DNA of 64,000 nucleotides from Felis catus (taxonomy: Eukaryota): positions 28,522,001 to 28,586,000 of the forward strand of contig NC_058383.1 of assembly GCF_018350175.1 (NCBI RefSeq). Direction: 5' to 3'. The position numbers and the translations under genes were made by a program. Below, in pieces: positions 1-12,213 of the stretch (position 1 is its first letter; the number at the start of each line of letters is the position of its first letter). The notes beneath the pieces are model-generated. The model did not search any database, was not told the origin of the DNA, and saw nothing but the letters and a program-made list of their open reading frames with translations.

Positions 1-213
<213 letters not shown>

Positions 214-216
214 TGA

Positions 217-393
<177 letters not shown>

Positions 394-589
394 TGAGGCT
401 CACGGGCCTCGGGTGCCCACAGGGAGTTTCTTTCCTGATGCAGAGGACACCCCCCCCCCCGCCGCCCCCTGTTCCTTTCCAGGTTCTCCCCCCTCACCAG
501 CACTTATGCGGCACCACTGTGTGCCAGGCACATGAACAGGCCGCGGATCCACCAGGGCCCTGCCTTGGAGCAGCGGACCCTCTGTTCGA

Positions 590-730
590 GGGGGAGAGAG
601 CATCCCAAGCAGGCACTGCGCTGTCAGCACAGAGCCCAATATGGGGTTTGATCTCACAAACCATGAGCTCATGGCCTGAGCCAAAATCACAAGTCCGACA
701 CTTACCTGATGGAGCCACCCCAACGCCCCC
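590..730 (-). mobile_element. Degenerate carnivore SINE (CAN/SINEC) fragment
   Basis: gctgtcagcacagagcc...cctgagccaaaatc...gagccaccc SINE core in reverse orientation. Confidence 0.65.
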
Positions 731-2351
731 TCGTGTGGTTTCTTTAATGATGCACGTCCCTTCCCAGCCCACCCTTGGGCGAGGAGAAGGGGAGGGAGGC
801 ACACCCCTGTCTCCTCAATCCTTGTCCTCACTGCTGCATTGCCCGTGCGGGTCCCTTCTCTCCAGAACCTCTTTTCTGGGCTTTCTCTTGACCACTTTGG
901 TCTAATCAGGGTCTCCCATCCCTGCTGCTGTTTGGGGCCGGATCATCCTGCCTCACAGGAGCTGGCCTGTGTTTGCAGGATGGGGCATGGCACCCTCTGG
1001 ATTGTGACAACCGCAAATGTCTCCAGCCGTTGCTCAGTTCCCCGGGTGGGGGGTGCGGTCGCCCAGGGGTCTCGAACCACCGCCCTAACCAGGGCTGTTT
1101 TCTCTCCCACGCCCCTGTCCCTGAAGCTGGATAGGCGACACCCCTGCTCCCCAGGCCTCCTTCCCACCTCCACTGGTTCCCAGAAGGCGTGGGCCCCGAA
1201 GCTTCCTGCCACACTCACCCACACCCCTCCAGGGGGGTGATCCAGTCTCTTGGGTCCTTGGTCTGGTCTCCTCTGCGATCCTGCCACCCCATGGGCCCTA
1301 ACACTAGCTCTAACTTGCCCATCAAGCCCAGGCTCGGTGGTCCGTCCGCCTCGCACACACCCTCAACACCCCAGACCCCTCCTGCTTTGAGGTATGCACT
1401 TGGTGAGTTAAACCAGACTTTCCACCTTCTGCTCAGGGAAAAGCAAACAGGCACACTGCCAGTTCGTGCTGGGCCTTGTCTGTCACCACAAGGAGCTGAC
1501 CTCACTCGGTGCTGCCTGGGCCTGACTCCCCTCCCCCTTCCACTGTCTTGGGCATCTGGTTTTCACTGTCTCCCCATCCCCACCCATCCTTACAAGCTCT
1601 CATGTCCCCGTCAACCCGCCTCCCCGCAGCTGTGTCCATTTCCTCTACTCCGTTCCCGGGCTGAACTATCTAGCACCAACTAAGGGCATCACATCAGGTA
1701 CACCTACCTCTCTTCTTCCCTCAAGGACGTCGCTCCAGAAATTCTCACCCTTCTCCTTTTCACCATTTCCACGTCAACAAAGTCAATCCAGGAGCTGAGA
1801 AAGCCTCTGAGCCCCACGCCCCCTGCTACCCTTTACCACGAAACCTTAATGGTCAGTCCTCAGTCCTCCCCGACTGAGCTGCAGCTTCCTCGACCCACAC
1901 CGGGGTTTGTTCCTCCCCTCTGGGTGTCTCTCCTTGTCTCCTCTGCTGGTACCTCATCTCAAAGCCCGCCTGCCATTGGCCTGCCCCAGGGCGCCATCTT
2001 GGTTCTCTCTTCATCTCCTTTTCTGCTCACTCCTAGGTGACCTCACCCAGCCTGGTGCCTTTTGCGTTCCACCCACAGCGTGTGGCTTCCTGGCCCAGAC
2101 TTCTTCCTAGAACCCCAGACCTGCTTGCCCTTTCCCCTCAATGCCTCCCAGGCAGCTTACACCTTGAGCTGAACCCCTTCACGCCCAAGTCAGCTTCCCT
2201 CACGGTCTTTGCCAGCTCAGCAACTGGACTGATAAAGCTGCTGTTAACCCAGTCCACTAATCTGTGCTCTTTCTTTTTCCCTCTCCCCTATATATAACAT
2301 CCAATCTGCCATGGAATCTGATCAACTTTCCCTTAAAAACACTGTACATCC

Positions 2352-2551
2352 GGGCACCTGGGTGGCTCAGTCAGTTGAGCGTCTGACTTCAGCCCCGGTC
2401 ATGATCTCATGGTTCATGAGTTCGAGCTCCGCATCAGGCTCTGTGCTGACAGCTCAGAGTATGGAGCCTGCTTCGGATTCTGTGTCTCCCTCTCTCTGTC
2501 CCTCCCCGGCTCATGCTCTCTGTAAAAAAGAAAAACTTAAAAAAATTAAAC
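2352..2551 (+). mobile_element. CAN/SINEC SINE with 16-bp TSD AAAACACTGTACATCC (2336-2351, 2552-2567), inserted in an L2-like remnant (~1680-3150)
   Basis: tRNA-derived head, (CT)n body, A tail, perfect TSD. Confidence 0.9.
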
Positions 2552-4515
2552 AAAACACTGTACATCCACAATCCAAGAGACAAATGCTTCTTGCCATCCT
2601 CATCCAAGCTACCCTCTCCTACCATCTAGGTAACTTTCACAGCTTGTGTTTCACTTGTGTTTATACTCCGTCTTTATAGTCTGTTCTCAACATGGCAGCC
2701 AGAGGGATCCTGTTGAAATAGATATGAGTCACAACCCCCCTTTGCATGGAAGCGTCCAATGGCTTCCACCTCATTCAGATTGAAAGCAACACCTTTATGA
2801 TGGTCGGTTCCACCAGGCCCTACGTGATCTCCGTCCACTGCCTCCTAAATGAGCCCTCTGCCTCTACACACGCTGCCCGGGGCCCTGGCACGGGTGGTTC
2901 GCGCTGCCTGGAAGGCTCTTCCCCCAGCTCTCGGCATAGCTGGATCCCTCCTTCCTTTCCTTCAGGCATTTACACGGCCACGTTAACCTGTCTACAACTT
3001 CCAACCTCCCTCCCTGCGGTTCTCTTACTGATCTGTCACCATGTAACCTGCTGTTTATTTACTTATCTCATTGGCAGCCTTCACTCTGGCCCCATGAGCA
3101 CAGAGGTTCTGTCCGCTTATTCGTCCCCAGTGTCTGGGATGGTGCTGGGCACAAACCTTCAATCACGGAGTCAGAGCTGATGTTTCCCTAAACTCATTCT
3201 CATACCACCTTGGCCATTTTGCCTTAGCCTTTTACTACCTCACGGTGTCTTTGAAATTAACCGGTCTAATCATAAGCACATCTATTGGCAAATAAAATTT
3301 ACCATCCCTGTATTGTTAAACCAGCATCACCAGCAGCAACAGGTCACAATGAAATTAAAATACAGTGAGAACAAAACAGTAATGGATTCTACCTACTCTG
3401 ACTACAAGTTGATGACTAGGACCAGAAGGCCTCTTTCGCAGTTGACAAGGGACTGACAGAAGATGACGTTAGCACCAAATAGACCGTCCCTGACATAATG
3501 AGATGTATTTTAAAAAGAGTGGGAAACGGAGTACTTTTCTCACTGTGCGATCGAGTTATCCAGGGGCACGCCCAGGAACCATCTGAAACCACCTGCCATT
3601 ATCAGCTCCAGACTCTGAGCATCACTGCAGGCAGGTGACGAGGGGACAGCCCAAACCCCTTTCAGAAGGGGGAGGATGGCTGGCGTGGGGTACAGGGCTT
3701 CGGGAAGGAGACCCCAGATCACACAAGGCTGGGGAGGGCCTGTGGGTCCCCCCAGTGAAAGAGAAACAAGATGTAACCTCTCAGGTCCAACAGGGGCTTG
3801 GGAGCAACCCCCAGGACGATGGTCAGCAAGACAGCTGTTCTCACATGGAGCTGTCCCCCTCTCTCCCCTCCAGAATTTGCTTGGCTGGTGACTGAACCCT
3901 GCCCTCCTCAGTGCCAGGCCCGGGGGTGGGGGAGCAGTCAGCTGCTCTGGCTGTCACTGCTCCCTGTGGTCAGGACCCCTGATTCCCTTAGCACATGTTC
4001 AACGTACCTTGTGGGTTCTGCCCCCCAACAGCTGACCCTCCTCAGGGCCTACAGTATGGAACAGACTATTTGACACTCCCGGTACGAGCATACCCTAAGG
4101 CAGGGCCAAGAGCGGTCACACCTTCCTGCCGCCTCTGTGTCCCACGTGTAAAAACCTCAAGTCCAGCACTAGAGCCGTGAGTGAGGTTAGCAAGCCTGGC
4201 CAGCTCTCAGTGAACAAGGAAATGCGAAGCGAGTTTCATAGTCGTGCCGACCAGGTAAACCTCAACGTGAGCGCCTGTTAAAGAGCTGGGCCCGGCCTCT
4301 GCCACACCAGCAGACGTGAGCTTCTTAGCTGAACCAACAGCTTACGCGTGCCGGCCTCAGAGTTCTTGGTGTCCCGCGCTTCTCTGCCAGGTTGACTTAG
4401 AAGTGCCTTTGATCATTTCATCGAAGGGAATGCCTTTAATGATTAAAAACGCACTTAGAGGACTCCCTCTCGTTGGCGGAGGATAACCACCAGAGACTCT
4501 CTCTCTCTGTTTCAG

Positions 4516-4554
4516 AGGCCCCCTTCCCCAGGAAACTCCGCAATGACTCACCAG
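4516..4554 (+). CDS. MYH11: MYH11 SM2-specific 39-nt alternative exon, tailpiece GPLPQETPQ*, stop TGA 4544-4546
   Basis: CT-rich tract plus tttcag| acceptor, CAG|gtacca donor, exactly 39 nt; homologous to the known SM2 tail GPPPQETSQ. Confidence 0.93.
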
Positions 4555-7309
4555 GTACCATGCCTCCAGCGTCGCGGCTCATGTGTGTTGCACTTGGTTT
4601 CCACTTCCGTTCTGCCCTCCCGCCCTCCCAGTCCCTGCGACCCCCTTTTTTGGCCCTCACGAACCTCCATGGGATTCCTGCAAAATCTGAAGGCCTGGAT
4701 GCCTTAGTTCAAAACTCTTTTTATCATAGCCAAGATCAGTACAAGACTTAATCTCTTGACCCGTCTTCCTTCCCTACTTCTGCTTGGGCATCTGACACGG
4801 CACCAAATGTGTCCTCGTCACCGTGTGTTGACGAGCGCTTAAGAGGCTGCGTGTGTGTCACTCGGATTGTTGGTACCTGCATAAGTGGGCCTCTCTCACA
4901 CTTGGCAGTAGGACACTTGGCTGTGCTGTCCTCCTCCGTCTGGTTAAGACGCTGCACTGAGCGGGTATGACACTTCTACAGCCTGGGCCCTTTCGTGGAA
5001 AAGGGCCTCAAATCTGGTCCACAAATAACAATTCACGAGCACAGGTTCATGGGAACCACAGCCCGGCCTCTGGTTGTCCCCACGGCCGGGCTTTCATACG
5101 CATGTCTGCGAAAGAAATGGGCTCTCACTGCGCGTTCTACAGTCGCTGGGGCCACATGAGCCTTGAGCGAGGCCTGGCTGATAACGGCACTTTCCGCACG
5201 CTAGGACACGTGCTGGCCACTGCGCAGCCAAGCATGGTGCGGACGGAGCCTTTTCCAGGGGTCTTGCGAGCCCGTATACACAGAGGGGGATGGACAGGAC
5301 ACCCGAGACTCGAGGATGGACACAGGACCCTTCACACGACAGAGTTAAGAGGCCTCGACTCGTGTGGGAGTCTACCAGCTTTTCACACGTGACGTTAGGC
5401 AACCAGGGCCTGGTTTTCCTCTCATCTTCCTTGAGAGGCCAAGGAGGCCCTGCCTTGTGTCCCTCTTCTCTTTTGGAGAAGTAGCTGTCGCTACCCCAAT
5501 ACTTAAAGCTGGATGAGGGACTGGCAGGAGCTCTAGGAAGAGTGCCCGGCCTCTAGAACACGGCTTTCTGAGCAGCGCTCCTGACAGCTCAGGCTGGACG
5601 GTGGGACCCACTAGCCGATGGGAAAGTGAGTCCTTGCAAATCAGTGCTTCTGCTCTGGTGCTGGATCCCACCATGCCACTAGTGCCTGGAAGCTCTCGGA
5701 GTCTGTGAATAGAAGCCAGACTCTCCAGGATCAGACACTTGAAGAAAATCTTTAGAAGGGGTCCCTTACTTCCTGTGACTGATGTAGCCAGTGCCCACCT
5801 CGGCCTTCAGGAAGGGTACCTGAACCGGAAGACAGGCTCACAGGACCCGTGGCGGAGCAGGGGGCTAACAGTGACCCGGGACATGATTTACGTCTTAGAT
5901 CAAAGGAACACATTTACACCTCAGCTCTTGTAGCTTGCAAATCCACACTGTCTCGGGAGGCCAAGAGTGCCGGGAGCCTGGAAGGGTAGGGGAGACGGTT
6001 TCCCAACCCCAGGCTGTCCCACCGAGTTTTGAACCAGGAGGATTAGAAGCGGAAGAGACGCGTGGAAGCTACTCTCCTTTCTGTCCTGTCCCCCGAGACC
6101 CTGCTTTCAGACCCAGGTGCTTGGAAAACACAGGGCTAAAGACTTTTTAAAAGGTCACTTCTAGAGAGGGTGATGGAAAGTTAGTTCCAAGGGCACAGGG
6201 CACTTCTGAGCTTCCCTCTGACGTGAGTGAAGCTGGCCTGAGTCTTGAGCTGGGAGTGGTTACAGCTTTAAGTATTCATCCCTGACCGTGGCCCCTCAGT
6301 AGCATTCTGTGAACCTAGGCGGGTTTTCCCAGCCCGGGTTTCTCCCACCCTCGGACCCCAGAAGGCTCACGTTGGGGCTCCCCTTCTCAGTGTTCAGGAT
6401 GTTCTGGGCCTTCCTTTTGCCTCCAATCTTACCTGAGTTGTCTCTTTGGACTAAAGAATCTCTAACTGGGATGGGCTCTCCCTCATAGCTTTCAAAAGTC
6501 CAGCCTCTGCGTGGCGAAGCGGGTCATTTTTTATGACAAAAATTCTGCGTTCCTCTTAGGCATCCTAAAATGAGTTAAGACCTGTCTTCTGATTCAGGTC
6601 AAACAGGGCCAGATCACCAGAGCCAAATACGACTATTTGTTGTCCCAGAAAACACAGCAAACATTTCTTTCCTGGAGAGGACGCTGAGTGCTGGTTATCT
6701 GACTTCTCCTGCCACCTGCCTGCCCTCCTAACCAAAGCCACACTGCAGGTGACCTAGGCACACCCTGGCAGGAACTCAGGGCATCCGGCACTCCAGAGGT
6801 GGGAGCCATAAGCACACAGAGAAAGGGGTATCCTACCAGCTAAAGCTAAAATACACCTTAGATTAACATGTCTAGCTTACTTTTCTAACAAATATTCATT
6901 GGGCACCTATTATACGCCATGCACGGTGCCTGTGTGGTGAGTAAAAATCAGCAAGATCTCTGTCCTGGGAGAACTCACACCGTGAATTCTCTCAAACAAG
7001 CAGGGGACCCTGCGTTGCTTTAACCAGAGCGCACACCTCTGGCATCCGCACAGTGACCTCTTTGCCTCAATGCTGCCTTTGATGCTCATTTCCACCTTCT
7101 TCCGGTTGAGAACCTAAAACCCTCCCCTTTGTTCCCTTCTGAAGGCAAGGGGGTACAAAATGAGAACACGATCTCCTTCACACCTGCTCCACAGGGTATG
7201 AATAACCCCACGGGAATGTGTCAGCCCCCGCTTGATTCGTTTTTTTCTTCTTTTCCAAATAAAAGACCACAGAAGAGAATCCTGTGGGCCATCAGACGAC
7301 CAAGCCCAA

Positions 7310-7760
7310 TTTTTTTTTTTTTTTTTGAGAGAGGTGTGGGGTGGGGGTGGGGGTGGGTTGGAGAGAGAGAGAGAGAGGGAGAAGATCTTAAGCAGATTCC
7401 ATGCTCAGTGTGGGGCCTGATGTGGGGCTTGATCCACTACCCGGGATCATGACCTGAACAGCTATCAAGAGTCAGAGGCTAGGGGCGCCTGGGTGGCGCA
7501 GTCGGTTAAGCGTCCGACTTCAGCCAGGTCACGATCTCGCGGTCCGTGAGTTCGAGCCCTGCGTCAGGCTCTGGGCTGATGGCTCAGAGCCTGGAGCCTG
7601 TTTCTGATTCTGTGTCTCCCTCTCTCTCTGCCCCTCCCCTGTTCATGCTCTGTCTCTCTCTGTCCCAAAAATAAATAAACGTTGAAAAAAAAAATTTTTT
7701 TTAAATAAAAAATAAAAAAAAAGTCAGAGGCTCAACTCACTGAGCCACCCAGGCGCCCGC
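7310..7760. mobile_element. Older minus-strand SINE interrupted by a young plus-strand felid SINE (7482-7721; TSD AGTCAGAGGCT at 7470-7480 and 7722-7732)
   Basis: Nested structure and TSD readable directly. Confidence 0.9.
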
Positions 7761-8004
7761 ACCTTACTTTTTTTTTTTTTTTTTTTAAAGCTGATACTCT
7801 TGCTTTGAAAAATCTACTTTCCTCCCGTTCCAGCTCATTAAACGTTACCACACCTTGAGATAGGTCAGCCCTTGACTTTAACCTGAATATTTTCATTTCA
7901 TTTCAGTTTGTCTGTGTTTGTTTTCTGTCCCTTTAAAAGCCTCTTCCAATCTCAAGGGGGGGCTTTCTGTACTAAAGAAACGTGTATTCTTTTAAAACCC
8001 ACAG

Positions 8005-8137
8005 GCGAGGAAACGAGCCCTCCTTTGTTCCTTCTAGAAGGTCTGGAGGACGTCGAGTTATTGAAAACGCCGATGGATCTGATGAGGAAATGGACGCTCG
8101 CGATGCAGACTTCAATGGAACCAAAGCCAGTGAATAA
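8005..8137 (+). CDS. MYH11: MYH11 terminal exon coding part, SM1 tailpiece [43 protein letters not shown]
   Basis: cccacag| acceptor, 43-aa SM1 tail, TAA at 8135-8137. Confidence 0.97.
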
Positions 8138-8692
8138 ACAACTTGCGAAAAGCAGAACAAAACCAAAACCCAGTGGACTCTGCTTAGCACTGTTTAAATC
8201 CATTTTCAAATCCCAAATGTCACAGACACCCCTCACAACGAATATAAAAACCACCACCCTGCGTCCAGGGTATCGATGGAGTTTTGAATGCTGTACCAAA
8301 CGAGAAAAACCCAAGAAGCGACACAGACACCCCCGCTCCCCCCATCAGTGAATTGTGCAGAAATCTTGAGTTTTTAGGAAAATAGAACCACAGTAACTGA
8401 TCACTGGCAACTTAGTTTACGTGAAACGGGGAGAAAGTCACCAAGATGGGTGCCACTGCCTCCCGCTCCCAAGCCATTCCCTAGCCTGTCTACCCTTCCA
8501 ACGTCTCGAGTGGGCCCCTGTTTGAGTTCTTTCCCCTCTTGGTTACCGCACGTCAGATGCACACAGTTCACCGAGACCAAGTGCCTTCGGTAGTCACATG
8601 AGTTCAAAAGGAGACGCTGCTCCAGTGGGATGAGAGCAAGAATGTTACACTGTTTTATATGCACCCCGATTGTACTTAAGGACACCTTCACT

Positions 8693-8698
8693 AATAAA
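8693..8698 (+). terminator. MYH11: MYH11 polyadenylation signal AATAAA
   Basis: AATAAA ~555 nt after the stop, followed by a GU/U-rich element (tctgttgttgtct ~8731-8743). Confidence 0.75.
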
Positions 8699-9067
8699 AG
8701 GTTATAAATCACTGGAGTGCAGTCGGCTCTTCTGTTGTTGTCTATGGAGTGAAAGAATGGGGTGTGTTCTTGCTTAATCCTTACCATGACCCTGGGAAGC
8801 CAGTGTTCATAAATGGGGAATCTGAGGCCTGGGGAGGGGAAATAAATTATCTGAGATCCCACAGCTGGCCAAAAAAAAAAAAAAAAAAAAAACACCCCAA
8901 CAGCAAACGAGCAAGCACAGGTGTCACATGAGTCTGTGTGAGAGGACTTCTCCAAGCAGAGGCAGGCAGCTCCAGGCCCAGGAAGTAGGAACTTGACCAT
9001 GAAGAACATCCTTATCAATCAAAACTCATACGTACATACTGTGAGGGATATAGGATATCCTTGAATT

Positions 9068-9690
9068 AAAAAAAACTTTTTTAAATGTTTATTTTTGAGA
9101 GACACAGAGCAAGAGCAGGGGAAGGGCAGGGAGACACAGAATCCGAAGCGGGCTCCAGGCTCCGAGCTGTCAGCACAGAGCCCGACGTGGGGCTCGAACT
9201 CATAAACTGCAAGATCATGACCTGAGCCGAAGTTGGACATTCAACCAACTGAGCCGCCCACCTGCCCCAAGATATCCTTGAATTTCAAAAACGTAAGACT
9301 TCATCCAGCAGGGATCGACAAACTTTTTTTTTTTTGAGAGCGAGAGTGAGGGAACATTAGTGCTTGAGCAGGGGAGGTGCAGAAGTGGGGGGGGGAGCGA
9401 GAGAGAATTCCAAGCAGGCTCCTCACTCAATGCAGAGCCTGATGCAGGAGTTGATCCCATTAACTCTGGGATCACGACCTGAGCTGAAATCAAGAGTCAG
9501 ACGCTCAAACCCCTGAGCCACCCAGGCACCCCAAGCTTTTTTAAACAAACTTTTTCTGTAAAGACTGAGAGTCAATATTTTAGGCTACATGTGTTCTCTG
9601 TCACGTGTTCACCTTTCCGTTTTTGTTTTCCCCTTTAAAAACATAAAAACCATTGTTACTACGGGGGCCATGCAAAACCAGGCCGTGCGT
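9068..9690. mobile_element. Two minus-strand SINEs (9068-9270, TSD GATATCCTTGAATT; ~9324-9532), the second inside a MER58-like hAT remnant
   Basis: SINE consensus; MER58-like aaactttttctgtaaag...aatattttagg. Confidence 0.8.
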
Positions 9691-10019
9691 CCTCTCCTTG
9701 CAGAAGTTCTATTCCACACAAATTGATTCCACCCACTGATTCCGTAGAGGTCAAATAGATTTGAGAAGAGATATGGCAATGGAAGAACTCAGGCCAATAG
9801 CCAAACGTCAACCTACCCTCAACAATACACAAACATATCCTAAATACACTTCTAAGAAGCTGACGTGAAGAGGAATTTTTTTCAAGTAGAGTTTTTTCGT
9901 ATTTGATTACTTGGTTCAAAAACAAACTTTTTGCCACCGTTCGAGCAAACATCAAGGCACAAAGCAGCATTTACCCACCACCACCACCACCACCACGTGG
10001 AAGATGAGTTTCTCTTGAT

Positions 10020-10025
10020 TTTATT
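10020..10025 (-). terminator. NDE1: NDE1 (KMLL isoform) polyadenylation signal AATAAA
   Basis: tttatt on + strand; GU-rich (GGT)n downstream element on the minus strand at ~9976-9996. Confidence 0.7.
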
Positions 10026-11148
10026 GTTCTTTTAAAAAAATAGAAGTCCGTCTTTTCCCGATACAGGTTAGAATGTTCCCATGGTAATGAACTGGGCACC
10101 AGAGATTAATTCTCTGTTGAATTTCAAAAGCACTTGAAAAGTTCTATTTTCAACTCAAGGATATTTCTGCTATTCTCTTGGAAAAATAACTTAGTAACAA
10201 AGGGTGGTTAAGCTGCGCCCATGCTCCCAAATTCACGTGTTCTTTTTAACTTGCCTCCAAAAGTGTGAGCCAGCCGTTCACGACGGGCAGGGCTGAGCAC
10301 ATACTCCGTCCACGTGAAAATCCCGTGTTTGTGTCTTCTTTCACAAGGAAGCTTCCAACAACAATCCTGTGGTTCAATCCTATGTGGAGGCCACCATGGT
10401 TACTTTATCATGGCTTTGAATGAAGTTCTGTTCTTAGGGGCTGTACTCAAAAGGCCACGCCACCCCAACGACCGTCGGGGAGGTCACCCCCAGGGCCAGG
10501 GCACAAGTTCCAGGAAACCCAACTATCGGGAACGATCTAAAGAAGATACAGATGTTTCCATCGCCCTTGTCCACACAAGATCGCCTCTGAAACACAAGCA
10601 CAGCTCCCAACGCCTCAGTGAGGGGCAGAGTGAGTCCCAGAGGTACACTACACCATAGTGTGTTTTTTTAAAAAAAGGCACATGCCTATCCTACTCTTCT
10701 CTCTTCGACACAATTTCAGTACACAGACCCTTCTGGTGCCACAGAGCACGGAGATTTTCTTACGGAAGATAGCCTGGGCCTGAGATGGGCTCACATCCCA
10801 TTTTTAAGGCAATTCCAGTCATTAAAAAAACACCCCCAAATCCTTCAACACTCAGGTCAGTTCAAGATGATGGGGTGGCCTCAGCATCCACACCACGGAG
10901 CCCTGTCCAGGGGGTCCGGTTTGTCCCTGTCGATTTGCAACGCACTGGCAAGGAGGCTGGGGAGGAGGAGACAACATTTCACGGGGACAGCTACCAGGGG
11001 CCATGAGCGATGGCCTCAGTGGCTAGTGTGACTGTTTGCTCGTAGTTCTTAAACTAACTTAAACAAAGCAAAAACCTAGTTTAAGGAGGGAAAGAAAAGC
11101 AACGACTCCCACACAGACACACCAGGGGCTTCGGCTTCCGTGGATTTC

Positions 11149-11242
11149 CTAAAGCAACATCTTGACTACACCCTGGGCTGACGGCAGCGACGGTGAGGAA
11201 ATATTTGAAGGCGGCTTCCCAAATTCCAGGCGTTTTCCCAAC
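11149..11242 (-). CDS. NDE1: NDE1 terminal coding exon (G)LGKRLEFGKPPSNISSPSLPSAQGVVKMLL*
   Basis: tctgaag| acceptor, TAG at 11151-11149; recognisable KMLL C-terminus. Confidence 0.93.
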
Positions 11243-12058
11243 CTTCAGACAGAGCAAACCAAATTAGGCGGACATTACAGCTGTCACAGACTGGCTAACA
11301 TCAGGGCCCACAAAGTTCTAAGAGGAAAGAGAGGCAGGAGCAGGGTCTCCCTGGGTGTCAATTTTCTCTCCTGCGAAACGAAGAAAAGGACACTGGCCAT
11401 CGAGCTCGCACATTCCCGAGGCCACACCAGACCCAGTCACACCAGACCCACTAAAAACACCCTCTTCGACAAGGTCGGAAGTCACGTGCACACCATGGAA
11501 AACGACTCTTCGTTCCCCATCATCTCTCTGTCTGCCCCACACCTACCCAAGTTACTTGGCTCGGGGTCCAGGAACATGGCGACGCAGCTTAGGAAATCAA
11601 CCCATCCAGAAGCTGTCCTGATTTTCCTCAAGTAAGAAAATACCCAAAGCTGTCAGAGTCTGAGTTGTGCTTTCCCATCAGGTTACTGGAATCTAGTCTG
11701 GCTGGAATGGAGTCCCTGTTTCCTGAGGTTCTAAAGATTTTTTTTTTCTTTTTTAAGGAAAAAAAAAATCTTCCTCTAGGGGAAACAGAGAAGCTTTTGA
11801 AGCTCAAGTCCCAAACAAGTGTTTCATACAGGACATTCTCACAGCATGACCAGGAGCTGGGGCTGCAGATTCGAGTAATAAAAACGAGCCTCTTCCTGGC
11901 CATTCGCCCTTAACCTTCACCGGAAGACACCACCTCACTGCGTCCCAAGGGGGTGGAGGGTTAAGGTTCATTGACCTGATCCTCCAACTTTTATAAAATG
12001 GCTATCGGTCAGCGGTGAGAGGCTCCCCCCAGGAGCGGACAGCTAAAAAGGTACTGAC

Positions 12059-12213
12059 CCTTTGTCACCTAGAGGCACGCCGCTGCTGCTTGGCTGTCTC
12101 TCGCCACCGCCATCTCTGTGTTTGCTCCCCCGCCCCGAGGCCGGGCCGCTTGTTCGGTTTGGGGACTGATCGTACACGAAGTTCCGGCAGGATGCAAGTT
12201 TGGACTCCAGCGC
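12059..12213 (-). CDS. NDE1: NDE1 exon 8 [51 protein letters not shown](G)
   Basis: ctgcag| acceptor, GG|gtcagt donor, 155 nt. Confidence 0.95.

Noticed and set aside
2311..2679. Recurrent peptides such as WVAQSVERLTSAQVMIS / [22 protein letters not shown] in many ORFs
   Set aside because: Translations of SINE copies, not a protein family.
7908..9018. ORFs 7908..8351 (+), 7952..8314 (-) and 8401..9018 (-) as new genes or an antisense NDE1 exon
   Set aside because: Shadows of the MYH11 last exon, UTR and MIR; I found no phase-compatible minus-strand acceptor.
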